DNA of 60,678 nucleotides from Lactobacillales bacterium (GTDB lineage Bacteria; Bacillota; Bacilli; Lactobacillales; Vagococcaceae): NCBI GenBank assembly GCA_015654945.1, contig JAATGB010000166.1, positions 1 to 60,678 of the forward strand, read 5' to 3'. Shown piece by piece: positions 16,149 to 24,742 of this stretch (position 1 is its first letter; each line of letters starts with the position of its first letter). The notes under the pieces were generated by a model. It saw only the letters and a program-made list of their open reading frames with translations, ran no database searches and was not told where the DNA came from. The position numbers and the translations under genes were made by a program.

Positions 16149-16188
16149 ATTCTATGATTGGACGAAACAAATCATCCAATCATAGAAT
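16149..16188 (-). terminator. Strong hairpin (terminator or processing site) after the 675-aa vWA gene
   Basis: Perfect 14-bp stem, ATTCTATGATTGGA with TCCAATCATAGAAT; 12-nt loop; only a partial U-tract on the minus-strand transcript. Confidence 0.55.
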
Positions 16189-16209
16189 ACAAAATTTACA
16201 CGTTTCTAT

Positions 16210-18237
16210 TTACTCGCCTTTTGTCACTTGCACAACCGGATGCATATACGTCATTTCTTTTTGGTTGTCACTGACTGACCAAGTTGCTGAAGCCTTCTCG
16301 TTCGAACGGAAACCAAACTGATTTGAACTCGTTTTATTCGCTAAGTAATCAGTGTCTGTCTCGCCTTTTACTCCGTTGTATCCTTCATTACCCATAAAAA
16401 GATTTCTGTCATATTCCGCTGTTGCGGCATCACTTACTGATACATTATAGGAAACAGTATAAACTGAATTTTCTGGCATCGGATCGACAAATTTCACTTG
16501 CATGGTCTTACTATTTGAATCATATTGATACGTATATTTTGCTGGTGCTATCGGAACCGTTACACCATTGCTTTCAGCTGTAACTTTTACATCTGCCTTC
16601 GTGTCTACGTAATTCACATATTTACTCAACGTATCTTTAATCACGACATTTTCAAGCGGGTTAATTTTTGCTCCACTTGCTTTTCCTGTGCTTCGAACAT
16701 TTAAATAGAGACGATAATCATTTTTTCCATTTACTAATGTATCTGAATTAGCCACATCGTCACCTAGATAATCGATTTGTTTCTTAATGCTTCCTTCTGC
16801 ATCTACTTCTGGTACTTTTACTTGCACGACTGGATGATCATAGACATATTCATAATTTGCTGTCGAACCATTTCTTTCAATTCGATTCCACGTAACCGTT
16901 GCTTTCACATTTGAAGGCAATCCCGGTTGTTGTGAACTAGTTTTATTGGTTTGATAATCGGTATTTTTATCACCAAGAATCCCTGCTGGACCATAGTATG
17001 CCGTACCGTTTTTTGTTGTATCTACTGCTTGTTTTGCTTTTTCCGTTGTTTTCACATTGAAAGAAAGTGTATAAGTCGCTCCAATTTCCAAACCACCTTT
17101 AATCGTCGCAGAAACTTTTTTCGGATTCCACCAATTCGGTTGATTGATTGTATATTGTGAAGGCGCTAAGGTTGTTACATTACCATTTTGATTCGTTTTT
17201 GTTATCTTGATGTCTGCTTGATTATTGTAATAATCCACATAGGCTGATAATTCGTCCGTAATTGTCACATCTTCCATAATGCCGATTGATTTTCTGAACG
17301 ATTCAATTAATTCATTGATATTTTCGGCACTATACGAATAATTTGGCGTTGAAGCCATGTTATCCAGTAAATTCTTGTTGGTCGAATAGTCACCTCGATT
17401 CGCAATAAAAATACTATTAAGCGTCATTTCAGAATGATTTCTTTTAAAAATAGTTGCAGCGTTAATCGTTGGCTGAACACAAGCTCTCATATTGTTTGGG
17501 CTTATTTGTCCTGTTCCTTTACGGCTACCGCTGCCTTCAAATGTATCAATGCGATTGCCATTAAACCATCCGCCAGGAGTCATATAGTGCGTTGGCACAC
17601 CATCACTCAAGACAATCACAATTTTTTCATGCCCGTTGTTTTTAACACTTCGATCTTCTAACAGATTTTGTGCCCACCACATACCTTGCTCTGTATTTGT
17701 TCCACCTCTATTGGAGTCCCAAGTAGAGGGTGTACTTCTAGGGATTTTAGCTTTTAGTGCTCTTACTTGGTCTTTCCCCATCCATGACGTTAGCTTTTCA
17801 CTCCATCCGTTGAATTTTACCAAACTAATTTGATTGTCGGGATTTAAATCATAAATTTCATCAATCATCCCTTTTTGACCGGATGTACCTTCTAATACTT
17901 TATTTAAAGCTGTAATTCTTTTATCCCAGCCCATATTGTACGTACCCATACTCGCTGAATTATCAATTACTAAAACGACATCCATCGCCGGATAAACACT
18001 GGTTCCTACCACATCTAAATATAGCCGATAAAAATCTTCACCCTGTAATCTTGTATCAGGATTCGCTTGACCATCTCCCAGATAATCAATTTGTTTTTTT
18101 GCATCTAGAAATTCATTCGCATAAATTTTTGTGACCGTTGCCGCTTCAGAGCCTTTTGGAATAAACGGAACAAAGGTGATAATCGCAATCAAAAAAATAG
18201 TTAACCCTTTTACAAATTTTGTTTTCCACTGTTTCAT
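16210..18237 (-). CDS. Secreted vWA-domain adhesin paralogue lacking any cell-wall sorting signal
   Basis: 675 aa. Signal peptide. MIDAS DNSAS..GGTNTEQG..VLSDG. Two ..HPVVQV.. Ig-like modules. Ends ..MHPVVQVTKGE with no LPXTG or TM segment. Confidence 0.85.
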   Translation of the reverse strand: MKQWKTKFVKGLTIFLIAIITFVPFIPKGSEAATVTKIYANEFLDAKKQIDYLGDGQANPDTRLQGEDFYRLYLDVVGTSVYPAMDVVLVIDNSASMGTYNMGWDKRITALNKVLEGTSGQKGMIDEIYDLNPDNQISLVKFNGWSEKLTSWMGKDQVRALKAKIPRSTPSTWDSNRGGTNTEQGMWWAQNLLEDRSVKNNGHEKIVIVLSDGVPTHYMTPGGWFNGNRIDTFEGSGSRKGTGQISPNNMRACVQPTINAATIFKRNHSEMTLNSIFIANRGDYSTNKNLLDNMASTPNYSYSAENINELIESFRKSIGIMEDVTITDELSAYVDYYNNQADIKITKTNQNGNVTTLAPSQYTINQPNWWNPKKVSATIKGGLEIGATYTLSFNVKTTEKAKQAVDTTKNGTAYYGPAGILGDKNTDYQTNKTSSQQPGLPSNVKATVTWNRIERNGSTANYEYVYDHPVVQVKVPEVDAEGSIKKQIDYLGDDVANSDTLVNGKNDYRLYLNVRSTGKASGAKINPLENVVIKDTLSKYVNYVDTKADVKVTAESNGVTVPIAPAKYTYQYDSNSKTMQVKFVDPMPENSVYTVSYNVSVSDAATAEYDRNLFMGNEGYNGVKGETDTDYLANKTSSNQFGFRSNEKASATWSVSDNQKEMTYMHPVVQVTKGE

Positions 18238-18253
18238 TTTAATTCTCCTTTTC

Positions 18254-19159
18254 TCACTCTCTCTTTTTTTCCACGAAGATACGAATCGTTAAAAATAGTA
18301 ATATACTCAAAAAAAACATTCCCCCAAATAAAAAAATACGATTGACTATTTTGTAAGATGGAACAAATTTTTTCAAAAAAAAGTTTTTGTGTGTTCTTTT
18401 TTCCACTTTTTCTTCTGTTTGCAGCGTGTCTTTTTTTTGCTCTTGCTGCTGATCTTCTTTTTGCATTGCTACACGTTCTGTTTTGATTAATAAGCGTTGG
18501 GCGTTACTTCCGAGCGGATGGCAAGTAACTAATGTTACTAAATCTTTCCCTTTTACTATTTTTAATTTCTCGGATTGTGCTGGATTGATCACTTCTTTTT
18601 CGTAGATTTGGTATTGATGCGTTTCACCCGCAATATGAATATACATACTCATACCAATTTGCAAATCATTCACATTTCGAAAAATTCGCCAAAACGCATA
18701 CCCTCGATGCCCCGCAAGTGCCGAATGTGTGCTCTTTCCACCAATAGGAAAAGAAGTTTGTGAAATCACACCGACACCTTTACGCAGCTGTCGTTCACTG
18801 GTGCTAACATAGATCGGCAATTTTTCTGCAATATCCGGAATTTCTAAATAACCAATCACTTCATTATCCTCGACTCCGATCGAATTACTTATCCCTTCAG
18901 AAAAAGGATCCTGTAATGGCTGTGATTCATATTGTAAAGTTTGATTATAGGCTTCAAAAAACTGCTTTTTTTTCGCATTCACTTTTTGACTTTGATTTTC
19001 TTTATAAAACTTATAGCGGATGTTTAGTTGCAGGTCATTGTAAAAAATTCTAATTTGAGGATAAATAATAATAACAATTCCAATTGAAAGTAGCAGCAAA
19101 CGAAGCAATTTGATTCTTTTCATAAAAAGTCCAATCTTCCCTTCAAAGTAACGCATCAT
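18254..19159 (-). CDS. srtC: Class C (pilin-polymerising) sortase
   Basis: N- and C-terminal TM segments; lid DPF; catalytic AGHRG, TLVTCHP, QRLLIK. The start could instead be the internal MKRIKLL at 19123. Confidence 0.9.
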   Translation of the reverse strand: MMRYFEGKIGLFMKRIKLLRLLLLSIGIVIIIYPQIRIFYNDLQLNIRYKFYKENQSQKVNAKKKQFFEAYNQTLQYESQPLQDPFSEGISNSIGVEDNEVIGYLEIPDIAEKLPIYVSTSERQLRKGVGVISQTSFPIGGKSTHSALAGHRGYAFWRIFRNVNDLQIGMSMYIHIAGETHQYQIYEKEVINPAQSEKLKIVKGKDLVTLVTCHPLGSNAQRLLIKTERVAMQKEDQQQEQKKDTLQTEEKVEKRTHKNFFLKKFVPSYKIVNRIFLFGGMFFLSILLFLTIRIFVEKKRE

Positions 19160-19168
19160 TCCGAATGC

Positions 19169-20047
19169 TCATTGTTTTTTACGACGCTTCCGTTTTTTTC
19201 GCTTTTTCCGTTTTTTTCTGTTTCTCCAGAAAACATACAGTCCATATTGAAGCAAGATAGCTAGTAACAAAACAAGCAAACTACTCACATAAGCTTTTCG
19301 TAATGTATTCTCTTTTGCCTTTGATTTTTTCTTTTGCTTCTTCGGTAGCGTATAAGGAACTCTTTTGCCTCTTACTAACAAACGGTGCGTATTGACTCCA
19401 TAAGGGGTGCACGTAACAAGCGTGACATAGTCTTTTTGTGAATCTATCAATAAATCGTTAATATTATCTGGTTCTGTGACCTTTATTTGATCTACTTTAT
19501 AGGCTAAAACATCCTTTAGCACATAAAGATAAAACAAATCTCCTTTTTTCAATGCATTTAAATCATTAAACATCTTGGCACTGATTAAACCCGTATGACC
19601 AGACAATACAGCGTGCGTTCCTTTTCCACCAATCGGAAGAGAAGAATTTAATAAATGACCCACACCTTTTGACAGAGCCTCTTCACCGGTACCATGATAG
19701 ATGGGGAGCCGAACTGCAATCGCAGGAATTTCGACATACCCCATTACACCATTTTTTGCTATATTCAATAGATCACTATATGTTTGATTTTTTTCGGCTA
19801 GGAGATCCGGATTAAAAGGATCGGTTAGCACTACATTCCCTAGTAGCTCTTCATTGTATTTTTGGGCCCACTTTTTTTCTTTTATTAGTTCTTTTTTTGA
19901 ATATTTTTTTAAAGATTTTTTAAATCCCTGAACCACTTTTTCCTGGTTTTTATTCGCAAGATAATTACTCACAAACGGATAACTTAACAAGCCAATTCCT
20001 GCTAAAAAAAGGAACAAGACGATACCATTTGTTACCTTATTTTTCAT
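19169..20047 (-). CDS. srtC: Class C (pilin-polymerising) sortase
   Basis: Lid DPFNPD; SGHTG, TLVTCTPYG, HRLLVRG; C-terminal TM plus tail RNRKKRKKRKKRKRRKKQ; start set at MKNKVTNG (ATG 20047). Confidence 0.9.
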   Translation of the reverse strand: MKNKVTNGIVLFLFLAGIGLLSYPFVSNYLANKNQEKVVQGFKKSLKKYSKKELIKEKKWAQKYNEELLGNVVLTDPFNPDLLAEKNQTYSDLLNIAKNGVMGYVEIPAIAVRLPIYHGTGEEALSKGVGHLLNSSLPIGGKGTHAVLSGHTGLISAKMFNDLNALKKGDLFYLYVLKDVLAYKVDQIKVTEPDNINDLLIDSQKDYVTLVTCTPYGVNTHRLLVRGKRVPYTLPKKQKKKSKAKENTLRKAYVSSLLVLLLAILLQYGLYVFWRNRKKRKKRKKRKRRKKQ

Positions 20048-20198
20048 CTTTTCGTCCCTCTCTTTGCCATTTTCAAGAAAAGGTTGTTTCCGTAACCACC
20101 TGTCAAGGCTGCCAGTACGTAGTAGCAAATTTTTTTATCGATTAAAACGAATCAATAAAGTAGTTACTCAACAATTCGTTCCCCGATGCTTTGCTTAT

Positions 20199-21845
20199 TT
20201 AATTCAGCGCTTTTTTCTTTTTACCTGATTTTGACCATGTCATCAATCCGGCAAGAATCACGATTAGACCCGCACCAGTAAATAAATAGGTTCCCATACC
20301 GCCTGTAATTGGTAACGTAAAGCCTTTATTATTTTTTACATTTAAGTGAATGTAACCTCCTTCACCATTGTCGGTAATCGTTAATTCTTCCCCATTTGCG
20401 TATGCTTTAATGGTTAATTTTTCCGATCCTGTGAAATCTTCTCCTAAACTTGCTAAATCTGCTTCAATTTTAATTTCAACAACATCCGCAAGTAATTGAT
20501 AGCCTTCTGGCGATTTTACTTCTTTTAGGTAGTATGTTCCTGCTTTTAGTCCATAAAATTTGGCTAAGCCATTGCTATCGGTTTCTCTTGGATTCGCACC
20601 ATTAATCGCGCTCAAGGTTCCGTCTGCTGCTACTTCAAACAATTGTGCTAACGTCGTACATGCTTTATCCATATACAAGCCAAACTGTGCACCTGCTAAT
20701 TTCTTGGCATCATCTTCACCATCAATTTTAAGTAAATCAATCCCAGTAACATAAGCAGCGGTTTTATCTGGTGGTGTCACATGCCATTGCTCATCTTGAT
20801 CTGTACCATATTCTAGTTCACCCGCATTTTGATTCCCTGTTCCACCAATAACCGCTTTTTCATTAATGGTTGCAGTATATTTTACTTTTACTTTTTTAAC
20901 ATCTTTAATTTTTGCATAATCAAAGTAAACACCAAACGTTTTACTTTCGGTCACTGCTTCTCCTGTAATAGTTGCCTGATCTCCCTTGAAAAGTAAGGAA
21001 TAGTCACTTGGTGTGTTTAATTTTTTTTCTGTTCCATCCTCTGCAACAGCAAATACATCAATTTTCGCTTTATCCAAAGTTAGACCCGCACTCATTTCAT
21101 CTTTAATCGCAAATCTAACTTTAGTAGGATCAGTTTCATCTGCATACTTAATGACATTCGCTTCGATCTGGTAATGAAGCACATCTCCAACACCGGTAGT
21201 TGTTTTTTCAGTCGAGCTGCCATTCTCTTCAATAGTCTTGTCAACATCTACCTTATCATTTTTTACTTCAACTTCGACATCATAATTCCAAGTATCCAAC
21301 GCTGTTTTTTCCGTATTAGGAACAGATACCATGAACGGTCTCGCCGTACTTGCATAACCCGCAGGAACTTTTGTTTCGACAATCAAATAATACCCAGTAT
21401 CTACGGTACCAAAGGCTACATCTCCACTTAGATTCGAAGTAGCCGTATATTTTCCAGCAATGTTTTTATCTTTTATATAGGCCTGCATTTCCGTAATTAA
21501 TGATTCTAATTTGGTTGTATTATAGCCTGATATTTTATCAGGTGTGATTCCTTTTTCTGTAAAGAACGCTGCAAAAGCGGGATCAATGACGTACTCCGAA
21601 CCATTCTTTGCGGCCGCAACTTTCGCATCAAAATCCATCACTTTGTAGGCAGTAAACTCTGCACCTTCTAGAGCGGTAAGATCGCCAGCTTTTTTCTTGT
21701 GTAAGGTCAATGTACCTGTTTCTGCTATAATTGTTTGTTCTGCATTTGCTGTATAAGCGGTTAAGCCAATATAATTGCTAGCTGGTGATGCCCCAAGCAG
21801 CAGCATCGCTAATAATGACGTCGTTATCAATTTATTCTTTTTCAT
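20199..21845 (-). CDS. Major (backbone) pilin with LPXTG sorting signal
   Basis: 548 aa. Signal peptide. CnaB-type repeats with E-boxes YYLIVETKVPAGY and YYLKEVKSPEGY. Pilin-motif-like WNYDVEVEVKNDK. LPITGG, TM segment and KKKK tail. Confidence 0.9.
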   Translation of the reverse strand: MKKNKLITTSLLAMLLLGASPASNYIGLTAYTANAEQTIIAETGTLTLHKKKAGDLTALEGAEFTAYKVMDFDAKVAAAKNGSEYVIDPAFAAFFTEKGITPDKISGYNTTKLESLITEMQAYIKDKNIAGKYTATSNLSGDVAFGTVDTGYYLIVETKVPAGYASTARPFMVSVPNTEKTALDTWNYDVEVEVKNDKVDVDKTIEENGSSTEKTTTGVGDVLHYQIEANVIKYADETDPTKVRFAIKDEMSAGLTLDKAKIDVFAVAEDGTEKKLNTPSDYSLLFKGDQATITGEAVTESKTFGVYFDYAKIKDVKKVKVKYTATINEKAVIGGTGNQNAGELEYGTDQDEQWHVTPPDKTAAYVTGIDLLKIDGEDDAKKLAGAQFGLYMDKACTTLAQLFEVAADGTLSAINGANPRETDSNGLAKFYGLKAGTYYLKEVKSPEGYQLLADVVEIKIEADLASLGEDFTGSEKLTIKAYANGEELTITDNGEGGYIHLNVKNNKGFTLPITGGMGTYLFTGAGLIVILAGLMTWSKSGKKKKALN

Positions 21846-22623
21846 TTTTTTTCCCCATTTCCCTTATTTTTCATTAATTCATCTGTACTTCTATCTAAAA
21901 ATCATCGACAATTACACTCTTTTAAACAGCTCCTTTCCAATAAAAATCAAACGTTTTTTATAAAAACGCATAAAAAAATTTATTGTAAAATTCCTTTACA
22001 AACTGATAAATAGCTACTACGTTATTTTGCTTTTTGACAGACTCTTTGCCCTTCTTTTTCAGATATGTTTCCGTAGCATGCGAACAATTTCCCGCTCAAG
22101 TGTATCAAATACATTTGATAAAGGTACATTCATTTAATCCTCTGCTCAAAAAAAACAAACCCTTCTACAGAAAGATTTACGAATTAAAAAACATGAAAAT
22201 GTAATAAGTACTAGAATCAAATATTTATAATACACAACAACCTACGCTAAAGCAAGTGTTTTCCAAACAAAACGAACGTTTTATAATAATTACAATGTAA
22301 CTATTTACTACCTTTTTTATATCGTTTTTATAACTTTTAAATCTTTAAATACTCCTTTTAGATAAACTGTTTTCAAAAATAAAGTCTTGCTAAATACTAT
22401 AAACAAGAAGAAATAAACCGCAATTCAAAACAACTATCCGAAAATTAAATAACTAAAATAATTTGTTTTTTAAAAATTTTGTTTGACCAGATAATTTGAA
22501 CTTTGTACACACAAAAATAGTGAAATTCAGGTTTTTCATGTAGGCAGTTAAAAAAGTAAACGGCATTTTTCTATTTTTTTCGTTATTTTACTTGCTTACT
22601 AACTATTGCTAGATAGCTTTTTA

Positions 22624-22677
22624 TAAACAAAAAAACTATTTAAAAGAAGTTTTGTTTGCTCTTCTTTCAAATAGTTT
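22624..22677 (-). terminator. Intrinsic terminator of msmK
   Basis: 17-bp stem with one mismatch (22633-22649 with 22661-22677), followed by a U-run on the minus-strand transcript. Confidence 0.8.
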
Positions 22678-22700
22678 ACGACACTTATTTTAATCATGTT

Positions 22701-23804
22701 TTAACGGATTACTTGTTCTGTTTCTTTGTCAAAAAAATGACTTTTGTTAACATTAAACGCAAGTGACACCGAGGTTCCTGGTCGATAATCAGAACGTGCG
22801 TCCACTCTTGAGATAAATTCTGTTTCGCCCACTTTTGTGTACAACATTGTTTCTGCACCTAACAGCTCCGAAACCACCACTTCAGAAGTGACAATTGCAT
22901 CTGGTGTCGATTCTAATACAATTGGCTCACTATGAATATCTTCCGGACGAATACCGAAAATCAAGTTTTTCCCTTCATATCCTTTTTCTTTTAGTAGTTT
23001 ATACTTTCCTTCTGGAATCGCCAATCGAAGACCTTGCTTATTTTCAATAAAACCAGCTTTCAAAGAGACGTCAAAGAAATTCATTGCAGGGGAACCAATA
23101 AAACCAGCAACAAACACATTGTTAGGCGTGTCATAGACTTCCTTTGGTGTGCCAATTTGTTGAATAAGGCCATCCCGCATAATCACAATTCGATCTGCCA
23201 TCGTCATCGCTTCAGTCTGGTCATGTGTCACATAGATCGTCGTCGTTTCCAAACGACGATGGAGCTTCGCGATTTCCGCACGCATCGCCACGCGCAGTTT
23301 TGCATCCAAATTCGATAGTGGTTCGTCCATCAAAAAGACCTTTGCATCACGAACAATCGCTCTCCCGAGAGCAACTCGCTGTCTTTGCCCCCCTGATAAG
23401 GCAGAAGGCTTCCGTTTGAGATACTCTGTTAGTCCTAAAATATCAGCAGCATTTTCAACCCGTTCCTTAATCTCTGCCTTTGGATACTTTCTTAGTTTTA
23501 AACCAAATGCCATATTATCAAAAACAGTCATATGTGGGTAAAGTGCATAGTTTTGGAAAACCATCGCAATATCGCGATCTTTCGGTGCGACATCATTCAT
23601 TACCTTATCGCCGATCACTAATTCTCCTTCGGTAATATCTTCAAGTCCTGCTACCATACGTAAAGTCGTCGATTTCCCGCAACCTGAGGGACCAACAAAA
23701 ACAATAAATTCACGATCTTTAATCGCTAAATTAAAATCTGTAACAGAATAATCCTCTGCATTATCGTATTTTTTAAAAATATGCTTTAACGCCATTTCTA
23801 CCAT
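22701..23804 (-). CDS. msmK: Orphan sugar ABC transporter ATP-binding protein (MsmK/MalK/UgpC type)
   Basis: Walker A GPSGCGKST, signature LSGGQRQR, Walker B FLMDEP, C-terminal TOBE-like regulatory domain. Start at MVEMALKH (ATG 23804) after GGAAG; the ORF track starts at 23825. Confidence 0.9.
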   Translation of the reverse strand: MVEMALKHIFKKYDNAEDYSVTDFNLAIKDREFIVFVGPSGCGKSTTLRMVAGLEDITEGELVIGDKVMNDVAPKDRDIAMVFQNYALYPHMTVFDNMAFGLKLRKYPKAEIKERVENAADILGLTEYLKRKPSALSGGQRQRVALGRAIVRDAKVFLMDEPLSNLDAKLRVAMRAEIAKLHRRLETTTIYVTHDQTEAMTMADRIVIMRDGLIQQIGTPKEVYDTPNNVFVAGFIGSPAMNFFDVSLKAGFIENKQGLRLAIPEGKYKLLKEKGYEGKNLIFGIRPEDIHSEPIVLESTPDAIVTSEVVVSELLGAETMLYTKVGETEFISRVDARSDYRPGTSVSLAFNVNKSHFFDKETEQVIR

Positions 23805-23846
23805 TTTTTTCGCTTCCTTACTCATTTATTTATAGTTTCATTCTAA

Positions 23847-23861
23847 ATGAAAACGCTGTCT
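23847..23861. promoter_or_regulatory. Candidate cre (CcpA) site in the msmK leader
   Basis: ATGAAAACGCTGTCT fits WTGNAANCGNWNNCW at every constrained position. Confidence 0.45.
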
Positions 23862-24006
23862 ATACTCAATGGATAACCTGCACAAGAAAAAAGCATTATT
23901 TGGGCATATTGACCAAACTACTTTCTTTCGTATTACCGATTCCTTTCATTGGCAATCATCAAAAGGTATGCTATATTCAAGAAGGTGAATTCACCAAATA
24001 AAAAGA

Positions 24007-24101
24007 CAGAGTAGAAAGTAAAGCGTTAAGTGCTAAAAGGATGGGATGTTGCCTTTTGGACGAAGAATGATTCATTCGCGGTTTTATTTTCGCATTCGCT
24101 G
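24007..24101 (+). promoter_or_regulatory. THF (tetrahydrofolate) riboswitch, class I
   Basis: CAGAGUAGA..GCGUUAAGUG..GGAUGGGAUGU..GGACGAAG..CGCGGU..GCAUUCGCUG is collinear with the crystallised folT THF aptamer. P3 stem CUAAAAGG/CCUUUUGG. U8 tract follows. Lies directly upstream of folT. Confidence 0.85.
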
Positions 24102-24143
24102 CATATTTTTTTTGTGTAGCAGCTCTTAAAGGAGATGCTTATT

Positions 24144-24677
24144 TTGAACAAGAACAAACAGCTTTTAAGTACAAAGAACATTGCACTAATGGGTATTTTA
24201 ATGGCGGGACAAATTATTTTTGATCGCTTTTTTGCCTTTGAAACACCTTTACTTCGTATTACCTTTTCCTTTATTCCAACTGTATTAATGGCCATGATTT
24301 TAGGCCCCACTTTAACGGCTACAGGATCTGCACTTTCCGATTTTTTTGGCATTATGCTTTTTCCCAAAAACGGCACGTACTTTCCCGGCTTTACCATTTC
24401 CGCGTTAATTACTGGGTATATCTATGGTGTTTTTTTCTACAAAAAAAAAATAAGTTGGAAAAGCACCATTATCGCGCGACTGCTTATTACACTTATTGTT
24501 AATCTTTTTTTAAACACCTTGTGGTTATATATGCTTCAAGGAAAAGCGGTCATAGCCTTTCTACCTAGTAGAATCATAAAAGATCTGCTTTTATTTCCCA
24601 TACAAGTCGTTATCATCTATGTGATGGGCAATCATAAAGAATTAAAAAAACAAATTACAAAATTCCAACACTCATAA
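24144..24677 (+). CDS. folT: Folate-family ECF transporter S component
   Basis: About 6 TM helices; FolT-like RITFSFIPTVLMAMILGP; THF riboswitch upstream. TTG 24144 lies 9 nt after GGAG, whereas the ORF-track ATG 24135 abuts the RBS. Confidence 0.85.
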   Translation: MNKNKQLLSTKNIALMGILMAGQIIFDRFFAFETPLLRITFSFIPTVLMAMILGPTLTATGSALSDFFGIMLFPKNGTYFPGFTISALITGYIYGVFFYKKKISWKSTIIARLLITLIVNLFLNTLWLYMLQGKAVIAFLPSRIIKDLLLFPIQVVIIYVMGNHKELKKQITKFQHS

Positions 24678-24705
24678 TCGATGATTTTTGTGAAACACAA
24701 CATCC

Positions 24706-24742
24706 AAAAAGCCGAAGAACATGTATGTCTTCGGCTTTTTTT
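24706..24742. terminator. Bidirectional terminator between folT and the ABC exporter
   Basis: AAAAAGCCGAAGA ... TCTTCGGCTTTTTTT. Confidence 0.85.

Noticed and set aside
20146-20180. Attenuator hairpin between the major pilin and the first sortase
   Set aside because: There is only a 7-bp stem with a 21-nt loop and no U-tract.
24026-24397. 123-aa minus-strand ORF
   Set aside because: It overlaps the THF riboswitch and the 5' half of folT on the opposite strand. Those two features explain the sequence.
24441-24450. A10 tract inside folT as a phase-variation site
   Set aside because: It encodes the KKK of a cytoplasmic loop in an intact ORF. There is no evidence of variation from a single sequence.
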